Program-made: the position numbers and the translations under genes
Notes under the pieces: model-generated
The model's input: the letters and a program-made list of their open reading frames with translations, nothing else
Database searches by the model: none
What the model was told of the DNA's origin: nothing
Assembly: GCA_028534125.1 (NCBI GenBank)
Contig: CM052817.1
Location: 56,360,001 to 56,424,000 of the forward strand
From: Lama glama
Taxonomy: Eukaryota
Reading direction: 5' to 3'
DNA length: 64,000 bases
Shown: in pieces, positions 1 to 13,230 of the stretch
Numbering within the stretch: the stretch's first letter is position 1
Layout of the letters: each line of letters opens with the position of its first letter

Positions 1-1959
1 GAGATCTCAAAAACAAAATAAAATAAAGACCACACCAAGTCTCTAGGATTAGGAAGTAGTCAAACACATACGGTATAAAACTTTCAAATAAAAATGGAAC
101 ATAAATTTCTAATTAGTAAGCACAGCTAAAGCTCATTTTGGAAGTTATTAGCTACTACAAGCAGCCTTTTTTTTTATTAAAAATGCTAGATAATTAACAT
201 GTGTTCATAAGCATGATGTAAAAAGAAAATAATTTTCTCATTTTATTGCCAAGTGAGGTTTTTATTTTATAATAAAGAATACTTTATAACATGATTCAAA
301 TAATAAAAGTTCCCTGGTTTTCACTGGGAAAGAATAAATAGCAGAAATAACTCATAAAGTAGGGCAGAAAAAAATACATATAGCTAGATGATTTTATTTT
401 AGAATCACTTGTTTAAACAATGGAAAAAAGTTAATTAAGATACAATTTTGTTGGCAAGGTATAATGCCAAAGTACTGGAGTAAAAACTTGTTTGATTTCA
501 AGTTTTTTCATTTGGATCCTGGAAACGGCTTTTTTTCTTTCTGCCTTTGTTAAATGAGGCTACATGGCGATTGCCTGCTGTTATCTGTACAGGAAAATAG
601 CAGGAATGTTATGTTCTATCATAAGGTTAAATCATGTTGCTGTTGTTGTTTCCCCTGTTGACATGTGCTTTTAGATGATACGTTACAAAAGACATGAAAC
701 GACAATTTTTCATGAAGGAGAATTCATTAAATGTTCATTAGAAAAGTCATGCCAGAGAAGACCGTTTAATGAAAACCGTTGTGATAGACACCATTTTTAT
801 GGTGATCTTCACTGTACACAAAGAGGGGACGATTGCCTAATCTGAAAGGCACCTGTTCCCAAAACAACTTTGCCTTTGAGGAGTCATTCCCCAGAAGGCA
901 GTCTTCTTTGTCTATATAAATTCTGGAACTACATTGTGTATAATACTGATGTAAAAATCACTGCTGGATACTGTTGTTCTTCCTGTCAACAAATATCTAC
1001 TGAATATTCGTTACAAGAAACACCCTTAGCTTAGGGCTTAGGAAGAACAGAGACAGTTGTTCCAAACTCCTCTTGGATCTGAAGGAGTTAATGGCCACAC
1101 TAAACTGAAAAGAATAATTTATAATTCATTACAGTATTCTTTTCACCTCTTTCTTGCCCCTGAATTGACTGGAAAGGCCAAAAAGAACTTATTTTGAGTC
1201 TTGCCACAATAATGTTTGTTTCTTTTAAATGGAAAAGAAGGCTCCCACGTTCCATAATGAATAGAATGGCCTTCATCTACATATTAAAAGCGGGCATACT
1301 GCCAGTTTAGGAAAGCCCTCTGGGACTTTTACCCCATTATCCTGGGACCTTGGAAACAGTGCCTGGCTACAGCAGAATGGATAGCGTCTTTCCACGGAAA
1401 GAAGAATCGATACAGACTACAGAAACGGAAAAAGGCTAAGTACTGTAGGTTCTTAAATGAAAATTGATTTCCACCATTGAGCATGGAACAGGCTCATCAG
1501 TAACACTGCATTTAGAGGGAATCTAATTGTTTCTTCTTATGGTAGGGTTTGAACTTGGAAGGGAAGTGTAAGAGGGAAATCAATCCTCCGTTATCACGAC
1601 TAGCTTGGTCACAGCATACTGATCCGAGAATCCCAGAATCAGTGGATTGCCTCAGAAATCCAAGCTGCATTCCTCAGACACATATGGATTCAATGTTTCT
1701 TTCCTTTTTCATGTACATATTTGATCACTAGAGACACCCTTAATTCCTTTCAGTCACGTAGTAAATGAAACACTAAAGGAAATGGATTAGTGCAAATTCA
1801 CTAGTAACACTATCCCAATTGTGGACCATACTGATGATTCATCTCTGCATGTGAGGGACAACATGCTATTTTATTCCCTTATCACTTAAGCATAATAGGG
1901 TTACAGAACTGACCATGATGCACAGATCCCTGCTTTCATAAAACTTATATTGTATTTCA

Positions 1960-2430
1960 TATATGAGTGAGAGAGGAGGTAGATAAATAAGGAAGTTAAA
2001 AAAATGAATGAAGAAAATAATTTCCATAGAGGTAAGTGATAAGACCTGACCTTGAATGAGAGTATCCCAGGCAAAGGGAATAATAAAAAGTGGAAGTATG
2101 ATTTCCATGTCAAGGAACAGAAAGAAGAAAGTCTAGTGTGTTGATCTGAAAAAACTAAACTAGCATTATAAATTGATATGGGAGGCGTGTGCAGAAGCCT
2201 AGACATCTATGACCATGGAGGCCATGGTTAGCAGTTTGGGTCTCAGTGAAAATGAATTTGGAAACTTTGGAAGGTTTGTAGGGGGTGGTGAAAGGGGGAT
2301 ATCATTTGATTTACACTGTTTACAAGTTCATGCTGGCTAATATATAAGGAATAAACAGAAGAAGCATCAGTAAGCAGACCTTTACACTAGCCCAGGGGAG
2401 GAATGACTGTCACTGACTATGGTGATAAAT
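1960..2430 (-). mobile_element. L2 LINE 3' region remnant
   Basis: Degenerate antisense L2 motif (ttggaaggtttgtagggg...atcatttgatttacactgtttacaagttcatgctggct resembles GGAGGGTTTTAAGCAG...ATCAGATTTG...CACTCTGGCT). Boundaries approximate. Confidence 0.55.
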
Positions 2431-2824
2431 GCTTTTGTTAAAAGACTTGTGTTTCCACTAAAAGCTTTTTTAAATTTAGCCATGGCAGGCTGGGGCAGTT
2501 CCATAGAAATTCAATGCATGTAGCTTAATGAGAAGAAGACAGGTAGAGAGGGCTGTGAATACATTCTCAGAGAGAAGTAAGCCACAGGACAGCAAACACC
2601 CCAAGTCAGTCCTCAAGCCTTCCAAAAAGTCTTGTGATGCATCTGTATCAACTGCTGTGTTGCCGTACATTCACGTTCTTTTAATGACATAAAGACTACT
2701 ATCAAGTCTACTTGTTTCCCCTGCCAACCTCCTTCCATCGTCCTTCATTCAGGCGCGGTTCATTTGTATTTCAATCTCACTGGTAATAATTTACAGCTAT
2801 AATTATCATAATCTAATTTTTGTA

Positions 2825-2980
2825 CAGTGGAAAGAACATTAGCTAAAAAGCAGGTGGATTCCAGTCCTGATACCTGTGGACTGCCACGAATTTAGGAAGC
2901 GCTGAACCTTTCCAGGCCTTGTTGCCCTAATCTGTAAAGTTTGGAGACTAGACCTGCCCCAAGCTCTAAGCGCTCTAGCC
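2825..2980 (+). mobile_element. MIR SINE remnant
   Basis: cagtggaaagaacattagc...ccagtcctga...ctgaacctttccaggccttgttgccctaatctgtaaagt resembles the MIR 5' half and core. Confidence 0.55.
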
Positions 2981-3044
2981 GTTTATATTTAATCCAGAAA
3001 ATAATTCTGACTTAAGTGGTAGTATCGCTGCTGTGGTTGCTGTT

Positions 3045-3190
3045 GTTATCTTTCCCCTTAATGGGTAAGAAAACTGAGCTACCCAAACCAGGTAGATAGT
3101 GCAGTCGAGGTCACCAGCTACTTCAGCTGCAGAGCCAAAGTCTGAATAGTCTTCCTGATCACAGAAACGACATTCTTAAACACTACCTTA
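3045..3190 (-). mobile_element. MIR SINE remnant
   Basis: Antisense MIR core: gaaaactgagct...gaggtcaccagcta...gcagagccaaagtctgaa...ttcttaaacactac. Confidence 0.55.
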
Positions 3191-3359
3191 CATCTTTTAT
3201 AGAATTTAGGTGTAGATTCTTGATAAAAATTTGGTACTTCTTTCATCTTTTTCTGATCTCCTCTCTCATTTCAACTTGTACTAACTGTATGTTCAGTAAT
3301 AATTATATCTATCATGTAAAAGGGTTCACCAAAAAATTATCACTCAAACAAGAATGGAA

Positions 3360-3540
3360 CTAAGCACATTTATATGTTGAATAACCACGATGCCAAAGAA
3401 GTGCTAATTGTTTTCACCTGTGTTATATCAATTAATCCTGACAAATCCCCTTCAACGTATGATTGAAATAATTTGCCAGAAGAGTAAATTAAAGTTGAAG
3501 AAGACTAAGTAACTTGTCCAAGTCACACTACTACTAGTCA
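3360..3540 (-). mobile_element. MIR SINE remnant
   Basis: ttaatcctgacaaatcccc...aagtaacttgtccaagtcacactacta matches the antisense MIR core. Confidence 0.55.
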
Positions 3541-6500
3541 TTTTCAGTTTATATTTGGCCGTACCTACTATATTTTTGTGACCACTTAACTCAGCAATGG
3601 CTAAAAAGTTTTTAAAAATTCAATAATACTAACTATGTATTCATGAACACCAACTGTTGACTACATATTTCTCAGGAGAATTCACTGCTGCTACAGTCAA
3701 TTCATATAACTACCGAAGAGTAACAACAAGGCAATGACTTCGGGCTTAATAAGCCTGGTCCACCTAATCCTCTGACATTCTGAAGAGACAATAGATCCAC
3801 ATCTCAATTGTCACCTTGATCTATTTTGTGTTCTTGTGGTACTAACAACACCATTTCTTCATTGTCTACCCTGCTGTCATAGTGTATATTACAAGCTTTT
3901 TCTACATTTCCATTTTAAGTACTTATGACTTCGCAGGATAAATACTTGAACCCTGCAGAAATGAGATAAGGATTACCTGTTAGCACAGTCTTGGAATACT
4001 CTTGAACTGATATTATAAACCAGATATTCAGCATTTCTGAAGTCTATCGTTTACAGTAGGGTTCAAAATAAGAGCAATAATAAAGAATATTCTTACCATT
4101 GATAACAATCTTAATCCTTGTAAATTAATAAAAGGCACACATTCACTTCAGATAACAGAGCTAAGCAAACAAAAAAATTCAAACTTTTATAAGTTTTAGA
4201 AAGCTCATTACAACTGCAGAGTGTTCCAAGGATAAGAAAGTCATCTAGATTTTTACTTACTTATTATTTTAACAATAAGGTGCCCAAAGTAAGTGGTCCA
4301 AAAGAAAGAGCCTTACACCACAGTTTCTACAGAGCCCTGGACTAGAAATAAAGGATAGGAAATTCTGCATCTAAATTATGATTTTTAAATCTTAAATAAT
4401 TTTATACAATTTAATAGTACCTTCCCAAAATGAAACTCACACTATAAAGTTTAACTAAATATTATGGTTTACATTACATTGACTGAAGTGCCAGTAAACT
4501 TGACTGTAAAGCAAAATTTTAAGTGATTTTTATGTAACTCCCATTTTCAATTGGATTTGACTACTAAATTAAAATATTTTGGCAAAAATTTTAATAGATA
4601 CTGTCTTGCTATATCATTAACAGGTTATAATCAGTTGATTTAAACGCTGTAACTATAAAGCCCAGATCTTGGGATATGTGGACGTACAGGACAAGTTCTA
4701 CTGCTGACTACCACCAGTCATCTTAGGAGCATTTGTTTCTAATTCTAAAGATGGCAAAGTCCATGGAAGAAAATATATGATATGCCATCAAAATGAGGAA
4801 AACTGTTGTAGTCAACTTCTGCATTTTAGAGCATGAGTTTCTCTCTCTTTTTTTTTTTTTAACTAAAATCAAACTAATGATGCTCTTGGTCTCTAGGATC
4901 TAACTGCCAGATTTCTTCAAAAAAGAAGTAATATAGAAACATGCCATTCTAGAGCTGGTAAATCAGCAGGAAAACCACATTCTTCCAGGATCTGTAATAA
5001 ATATAAATCAGGATGTAATTGTAGTATCTAAGATGTCTAATGGGGAAGATGCTTTGTTAAAGCAGGTAATTTTGATTATACAGCAAGTAGGGTGTGTAGT
5101 ATCAGCATAATTTAAATGATGCACTTATGATAAAAAAAGAATCTTAGGTAGAAACTAGAGATATAAGATTCTATCTTTGGGAAAAAGTGACTAGCCAGAA
5201 CAATAACAGGAGTAACACCTATAGTCAATCTCAAGTAAAGAAAGATATGGTCAATGTCGTGATCCCTGCCTCTAATGGCTGACACACTCCCTTCCAGAAT
5301 TCCAAGAATGGGCAGTCCAGCCAAATGCATATTCCTTGACTAGACCATCACCCCCAAATACCAATTTATTCTTCTGAACTAGTGGTGTGCATCAAGGAAC
5401 ATGGGGATATTGCAGTTTAGCATAATGATGATGAGACAGGTGTCTTCCTGATCTTTCCTAGTCCTGTAATAAATTAATGGTTCCCAAAGGACTTAAAATG
5501 ACACATCACGTCTTTAGTGTTCCATTAACTGTCCTATGGAGATGTCAGGAGGTCCTGTCTTTGGGGATAAGATCTCTGGCTCAGACTGTGAAGATGAGGC
5601 ACCAACTTGGAAACCCCTGAAAAAACCTTATAATAAAAACAGTCATTGTGACTCATCACTGAGGAGAAAAGCCAGAAACAATACATGAGTGCCAGAAGGA
5701 GAATTCTAAGGGATGAGAAAAGCACCAAAAAGCAGAATGTAAGATAGATTAAATAGTGGATCTCAGGCAATGAGGTATACTGGACTCCAGAATGTGGCCT
5801 GTCCTATGCTGGGCCCTGGCCAGTAGAACAGTCCCAGGGATAAAGGTGCTAAGTTAGGCCAGGCATTATCAGTGTTCAATAAATTCAAGTAACTGTATCA
5901 TATATTGTCAGTGGTACCACCATGTATCATGAATAGGTTCCAGCAGGTTATTCAGATTACATGCTTTAAGCTCATTTGCTTCGTGAATTCTGTGAGTCCC
6001 AAATTTTCCATATCAATTTGTTTCTGTCCCACATCTAGGAAGTTATATATTCCAGTGGATCTTAATTTTTTAGTACCATAATCCGTGTAAAAGCAAGCAT
6101 TCAGGAATAAATATACTTGTATCTGATGACTCTTTTCAATATGCAAGAGAGTTTTTCTTGCAACACTCGAGGTAAGTTTACTTATTAAGAACAGTTACTG
6201 AACAAATACTTGGCAGACACGAATTAATTCACATTGTGTTCTGCATCATCTCAAAGTTTAATTCTTGAGCCAAGCCTATGCTAAACATTCAAAGTAATAA
6301 TATGTTTTTAAAAGCTATTTCAGTATCATGTGGAAATGTATACTGAGTGCCTAAGAGGTAAACTGTGTTATGTATCATATCCTAAATTTGCCAAGGCCGA
6401 GTGAATTTAATTTGTTCTCTTAGTAAGCTCTTTGGAATTTCAAATGTATTTTAAACAAGCTGGTGATTGAGAATATACATTTTATTAGTGTGATTAAATA

Positions 6501-7699
6501 TGACACTTCCATTTATTGCAGTTTAGGCCAATCTTAGCTTCATGACTCATATGTGAAAAATGAAATAATTGAATATACATATCATGTGCCCTGAACAATT
6601 TTTTTCTGTAACTCACTGAAATTCTGTCACAATTTATCATTCTTTAAATACCATATAGTACTGGTAGTCTATGAGAAGTCATCAAAGAAAAAGGAAAAAA
6701 GGCCTTAACCAGCATGTTTCCATCCTCGGGGACTCCATATCTCTTTGATCCAAGAAAGAAATACATAAATTTATGGAACGGACTAGAAATTCCTTAATTT
6801 AAATCATTTGTTGAATCATGTGGAAAAAAAGCCGAGAGTTATTAAGCTGCTCACAAATCACTGGTATATATTTTATATGGTCTGTCAATATGTTGGTAAT
6901 AAATCTTTACATGGGGAGGAATTGAAGAGGTAGAAATTAAAAGAGGACTAAATATTGTTTGTGACTCTGCAAGTACCTGAAATTATGTGAAAGACATACT
7001 CCTTTAAACCTAACTTTAAAAAAGTAGTTATCCAGATCTAACCCACATTCTGAAAGCTATTATGAAATTTCTCAGAATAATCCAGATTCTATGCCTTACA
7101 ATGCTCGACTTTCAGTGAAAATATGGACTTTTGAATAACAAAAACTGATTTTATTCATTAGTTAAATTTCCCAACACTAATTATTCAAATGACATTTAAT
7201 ACAAAAAAAGAGTAATTTATTACTTTTATAGCAAGTGAGATTTACTAGAAATAGATTTTTCAAGAGTTGAAAGAAATATTTCAATTTAGAATTTTCTAAA
7301 ATGCAGAAATTTTATGAAAAATAAGTCACCAAATCTGAAATGCATTACCGATTTCTCATAATGTATCTTGTACCCTGTAATGAACTATACAATGTACAGT
7401 AACTTAATAAAAGAACATTTTGACTTAAGTGTTGATCTAAATGTTTAAAATCATAATTTACATTTGCATAAGAATAGAATGATGATAAGGTGTGAATTTT
7501 TAAATAGAGGCAAAAGAAAATAACTTCTAAATGAGGTCCAATCTATTAAATTATACCAACAGCAGAGGAAGAATCTTGTCTATATCTAGCACAAATGCCT
7601 GAACAAATGTGATTTGCAGTTTCAGCAATTAATGCTGCTGAATTTATAAACCTAGATATGTGTGAACTCCCATTTTCTCTCTAACCTATTCTTACAATA

Positions 7700-8795
7700 A
7701 TAAAACCTCTTCTTTTTTTGTCAGAGTACTTCCACCACTTTTGATCAGATCTCATCTCTTACCCCGTTCTCAAAGTCCATGTCTGTTAATCCTGCCTCTC
7801 CTTATTATTATCATCATTCTATCATCAAACTCTTCCTAGATTATGAATATCAGCATTAAACTATGATCTACTATCTCAGACTGATCTCTTCTTCCTTGAA
7901 AAACTGTGGTGTTGGATTTGGAGGGGAGAGGCAGCATCACTTACATCATCGTTCCTTGTTTCCCTCTTACTTTTCTGAATTTGCCTTGTTCTTTGATGTT
8001 CACTTCTCTTTCTGAATGTAAACTCCACATATTTGGGTTCTGCTGGGTACCATCGTGAGTCCACTTCTTTTGTTTCTGAACATTCTAACCTGTGATATTG
8101 TTAAGTTTCCCTGAAATTAAAGACCACCTCTCTGCTGACTTTTCCCTAATTAATTTGTCCATCCCAGAGTCTTCATCTTGATTCTTCCTTTGCATAACCC
8201 CATGGTCTCTCCAAACCAATCTCTCAGCCATCCTGTTGATCTTATATGCAAAATGTATGTTCCACTCATTCTCTGTTGCTCATTTTACACTCATAACTTT
8301 AGTTCACACCACCATCACCTTTTGCTTAGACTCTACTAGTAGCATCCAAGCTTCTTTCTCCACCTCTATTCATCTTACATTCCAGACTTTTTTTATCCAG
8401 CTGCAAAAGCAACCTTAAAAAATAAATCTCATTGTATTTTTTGCAGATGAAGTGTTTCAGTGGATTCCCATTATAGTTAGAATCAAACCATATTACTTAC
8501 AGTTTGAAAGTTTTTATGTAATTTCATTCCTCCCTTTCTTGCCAGCTGTGCTTTAAGCACCCTAATGATCTTTGAGTTCTTAGAATAAGCCAAATTCTTT
8601 CAGTCTCAGGACATTTGCATATGATATGTACCATACCTGGATTATTTTCCATTCCATCTTCAAACATCTAGCATCTACTAATTCATTTTTTGTTACAACT
8701 TAAATTTGAACTCCTTGAAAAGTTTGTTATGACCACCTTCTCTAAAATACCAATTCTTCCATCTTGCAGATATTCTTTACTGAGATCTTTGCTTC

Positions 8796-8826
<31 letters not shown>

Positions 8827-8915
8827 CCCACGAGACAGTAAGCTTCATTTTGCCAGACACTAGGTCTGTTTTGGTTGGCTGTAAAAACCCCAGTCCCTAA
8901 GGTAGAGCAGGCACA
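7700..8915 (+). mobile_element. L2 LINE 3' portion
   Basis: Pyrimidine-rich L2 signatures: cttgattcttcc, caccatcaccttttgcttagactctact, cagtggattcccattatagttagaatcaaacc, ctcaggacatttgcatatg, and the terminal agacagtaagcttc motif. Confidence 0.65.
8798..8823. repeat. (CA)13 microsatellite
   Basis: Seen directly. Confidence 0.95.
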
Positions 8916-9809
8916 ATATTCTTAGAGTTGCAGCTATTTCATTGAAACAGAAATAAAACTATATATAAAATATTAGTGTTTCTTATTATTTATTTGCATT
9001 ACTATTGTTATATTTGTAAATTTTATGGACTTCATAAAATTAATCACACAGCTTTAATATGAAAACTACAATATGATTTTTAGTCATATGGGAAATATGA
9101 ATTGTCAAATTGTATTCATTATATTCTTATGCATTACAGATTTTGTTAAGATTTGGTATAAAAATCTGTCATCAAGTAACTTGTTAAGCTAGAATAGGTA
9201 TGCAGTGTTCATTCCTCTCAAAAGGACATTCTATACTAGCAACAAATATTAACTAGGATATTATAAAAAGCAAATGTTTTTCATCTTTATTTCTAGAGCT
9301 GTAATTTGGGTTTTGGAAAACTATGAGTTTCAGTAGTTGTGTTTTTAATCCTTTTAAATCATTTCTAAATTATACTAAAAGTATTGAAGTGATTGATTTT
9401 GATTTTCCAGGAAAACTCCACACTCTCCTAACCTCCTAATGGTATAAATGTTACCATTTTATCTTTATCAACCATGTAGATCTAAGTTGAAAACACTTTG
9501 GTTTGGAAAAACTAACACTAAAGGAAACAAGAAACAATGGGTCATACTTAAGCTACTTCACATCCTCTATATTGGGAGATGATGCAGTGTATTGCCTATA
9601 TTTGCAATTGCTCTCTTTCAGTCTTCTCTCACTTCTGGACAATGTATATTGGACTGTAATGATGTACAGGAAACGAACAATTATTAAGGACAAAAAAAAT
9701 CTTTATAAGTGAAAATGAGACTTGCTTCTTGGAAAGTAGCAAAAAACAAAACAAAACCTATGTACAGTCCTGAATCTTTCTTTTTAAATAATATAAAAAT
9801 TGAATATTG

Positions 9810-10825
9810 TTCTTTCAGCAATATTTATTGGACAGTTCTTATGTGCCTATCTTTGTTTTAGGTGTGTGGGGCACAACAGTGGACAAAACAATGACCCCTG
9901 TCTTTGTGAACTTATAATCTTGTGGGGCAACTTTGACAATAAAAAACTAACTTTAGAAATGAATTTGTATATTATGTTAGAAGCTGCTAAGCATTATGAA
10001 AAAATGTACAATCCGGAGTATTAGGATTGGAAGAGGGAGGCTGATATTCTAATTGGGTGCGCATAGTAATCCACTCTGAGAATAAAGATGTTCTTTGAAC
10101 AAATACTGGAGAAGGGGAATTTTACAATGGAAACATCTGTAGGAAGAGAGTTACAGAGGTTAGGGAACAGCCAGGAAAAGGCTGAAAGGTGAGAAGAGGC
10201 CTGATATATTGAGAGAACATGAAGGCCTGTGTGCTTGGAATGAGGTAAGTGAGTGAAAGGATGTTAGCAGGTAATTTCAGAAAGAAAGTTATGACAGATC
10301 ATGTAGGTTCTTAAAGATTATTGCAGACTTTAGCTTTTACTCTGAGTAATTTGAGAGCCTTTTCAAGAATTTTTCAGAGGAATGACATGATTTGAATAAG
10401 GTTCTAAAAAGATCACTAAGCTACCTCATTGAGAATACAGTGGTTGGAGAAAGATCAGATAGAATTGGCAGTCCAATTATAAAGTATCACAATCACCCAG
10501 ATGAGCTAGATCTGTTATTTAGAACAATGGAGGTGAATAAAAGTGGTCAGGTTCTGAATATATTTTGTAGATAGAGTCAACAGATTCCAATAGTATTTTC
10601 TGATACTAGCATGTGTCGTATTCTAGGATTAAGAGTATTGGTGTATCAAGTATGGTACCAACGTTTCAAATCTGAGTAAGTGGAAGACTAGATTTGCAAT
10701 AAGTGAGTTGGCATGGGAAAGGATGCAGGTGGAGAAGTTTCTGCTTGTTTATTTTGGCAGTGGGAAGGAATTCATCTCAGTTTTAGGCTTGTTGAGTTTA
10801 TGTTCTATCTAATGTCTAGTTGACA
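9810..10825 (-). mobile_element. L2a-like LINE 3' portion
   Basis: Antisense L2 3' end (ttcagcaatatttattggacagttcttatgtgcc...ggggcacaacagtggacaaaaca) followed by gaggaatgacatgatttgaataaggttctaaaaagatcact. Confidence 0.75.
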
Positions 10826-10999
10826 CTCTTTTCGTTTAGAGAACAATAATTCAAGTTCATGAAAATAAACATTAATTTGGTCCATATTACATGCCAGGCA
10901 TTGGTTTAGGCTCATTACTTTTCAATGAACACCCAACCATGTTGTTTAAAATCTATTTTCACAAGGATGCTCAGGTTGACAATTTCTCGTTCAAAGCCA

Positions 11000-11332
11000 T
11001 TAAAACCAGGGGATTTTTGATTTCAGTAATTATCAGATTGTACAAAAAGCAGTAAGAATGTATATGCAATCTATTTTATATCTTTCATTGGATCTAGGGT
11101 AGTATTCTTTAAGTGACCATATTATTATATATTCAGGGAAACATATAACTATTCACAGTAATAGGAACTAATAAAAACTATCATTAGGCTGCTGCCAGTT
11201 CAGGTCAGGCATTTTCACCAAACAAGTTTAAGTCAAATCAGATTTTATTGCCAGGTAAGTCGTTTTATAAAATCTTCAGATTTTCAGAATTTATTGGGTT
11301 TTAAAATTTCAAATAAAGCCCTGTAGACCTAC
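11000..11332. mobile_element. Possible TcMar-Tigger-type non-autonomous DNA transposon remnant
   Basis: Right end ttcagaatttattgggttttaaaatttcaaataaagccctgtagacct resembles Tigger-class termini. Left end not clearly seen. Confidence 0.3.
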
Positions 11333-11969
11333 ATCAACTGTGTAATTTTGGAAATCCTAAAAATAAAACACAAAGCTGATGCTGACAAACCACCCTTCCA
11401 TATGAGTGAATTCTCTCTTTGGATTAGTGCTTAAAAGCAGTCATTTCCTTAGGATCCACCCAAGCTTCTTGAATATTTCATTTATTTCTAGTATTTCATG
11501 GCATATGTGCTTTGAATGCATGTTTAAAATTATTTCTAAAATGTTTACTAAAAATTAAATCTTATTTGATCCAATGACAGATACTAATATTTCAATGCCT
11601 GTTATATACCTTATTATTGGTTAAGAGAAATAATGGCTTGTGGCCATTAAGAAAAGATGAATGGGGAATAATGCATAAGTTATATGCAAGATCTACTCAC
11701 AAATTAAAGTGTTCATAGTAAATCATTTTTCTAAGCATTTGTCTATTCCCATAATAATTAAAAATCCCTATGAATAGAATGCTTAAATAAATAACTTTAA
11801 ATGTTAAACTGAGTAAGGGACCTTCTTACTTTAAAGAACACAAATAATTACCATAAAATATTAAGCACCATAGGATATTCTTAAATGTTTTTAATAACAT
11901 TAAATCTCAATGTCTCTTTGCCAAGTACACTGAGGTTGCTTCATGTATTTTAATGCTGTTAATGGATTT

Positions 11970-12941
11970 TGTTGTATTGTGTTATAATAAGAAATATATA
12001 TTTTGGTCTTTGCCCTTGGCTGTTGGACAGAGCTTCTAAAACCCTGTACTTTCCTAAGGGTGCTAAGATTATCTTTTGTTCTAAAATTTTGGTTTTGACT
12101 CAGTTCCTGGTATACAGCTCCTAAAGCTCTCATAATTTCCTAAGCAATAAGGGTGCTAGGAGCATTGTTTATTCTATTTAGTCTCTGTCACCAGTTCTCA
12201 ACATAGAGTTTCTGAATCCCTTATAATTTTCCGAGTGATAAGAGCATCTTCTGTTCTAGTAAAGCAGTTCTTGGTGATCTACTGGATAGCTTCATAATGG
12301 AGACTGGTCACCAGAAAAGACCAAACCATAATTAGATGCTTGGAATTTTCAGCCTCACATGCTCATCCTCCAGAGAGGGAAGAGGGACTGGAGACTGAGT
12401 TAATACTCAATCATGCCTGTACAATGAAGTCTCCAGAGAAATCTCTAAAGTATGGGGTTTGGAGAACTTCTGGGCTGGTGAATACATCCACCTACTGGGA
12501 GAGGAACACAAACTCCTGTGTTCAAGAGTCTTTCAGACCTTGCCCTATATATTTCCTCATATGGCTGTTCAACTATGTCTTTTATCATAACCTTTACTGT
12601 ATAATAAACTGGTAAACATAGTGCTTCCCTGAGTTTTGAGAATGATTCTTGCAAATTATCAAGCCAAGAAAGACTGATTTATAACTGGTCAGTCATAAGT
12701 TCAGGTGACAACCTGGGACTTGAAATTGGTGTCTCAAGTGGAGAGGGTTTTATAGGACTGAACCCTTAACTTGTGGGACATGATGCCAACTCCAGGTAGA
12801 TTCAGTACTGAGTTGAATTGCAGGACACCCACATGGTGTCTGAAGAATTGGAGAATTGCTTAGTGTGGAAAAATGCCACACACCTGGTGTCCGAAATGAA
12901 GTGTTCTGAAAGCGTGGAGAGGAAAACAGAGTTTTTTTCCT
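11970..12941 (+). mobile_element. MER21-family LTR
   Basis: Begins tgttgtattgtgttataataagaaatatatattttggtct, then cagagcttctaaaaccc and ctggtcaccagaaaagaccaaaccataattag, and ends with gaattgcttagtgtggaaaaa...cacacctggtgtccgaa, all MER21 hallmarks. Strand given relative to the recalled consensus. Confidence 0.8.
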
Positions 12942-12964
12942 TTTCTTTGGTATAAAGATTTTTT

Positions 12965-13230
12965 TCCAGGTTTGTAGACATTTAGGGTACTATATATTTT
13001 TAATAGATTTCCCCCTTCACATTATGAAATGTTCTCTTTGCCCCCTGAAATATTCCTTGTTCTGAAGTCTACTTTTCTGATAGTAAAATAATCACACCTA
13101 CTATCTCATGCTTAGCTATATCTTTTTTTATATGTTATAACTTTTCCCATGTTTTAAAACTTTTAACCTCTGTATATATTTATATTTAAATTAGTTCCTA
13201 ATAGAAAGTAGTATAATCAGTCTTTTCATT
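12965..13230 (-). mobile_element. Ancient L1M ORF2 5' (endonuclease region) fragment, interrupted by the MER21 LTR
   Basis: attatgaaatgttctct...gttctgaagtctacttttctgatagtaaaataatcacacc...ttttaacct matches antisense L1M. The match appears to continue left of the LTR at about 11930-11969. Confidence 0.6.

Noticed and set aside
12002..12260. Repeat-spacer-like pattern as a CRISPR array
   Set aside because: Diverged tandem units inside a mammalian LTR, with no identical repeats or unique spacers.
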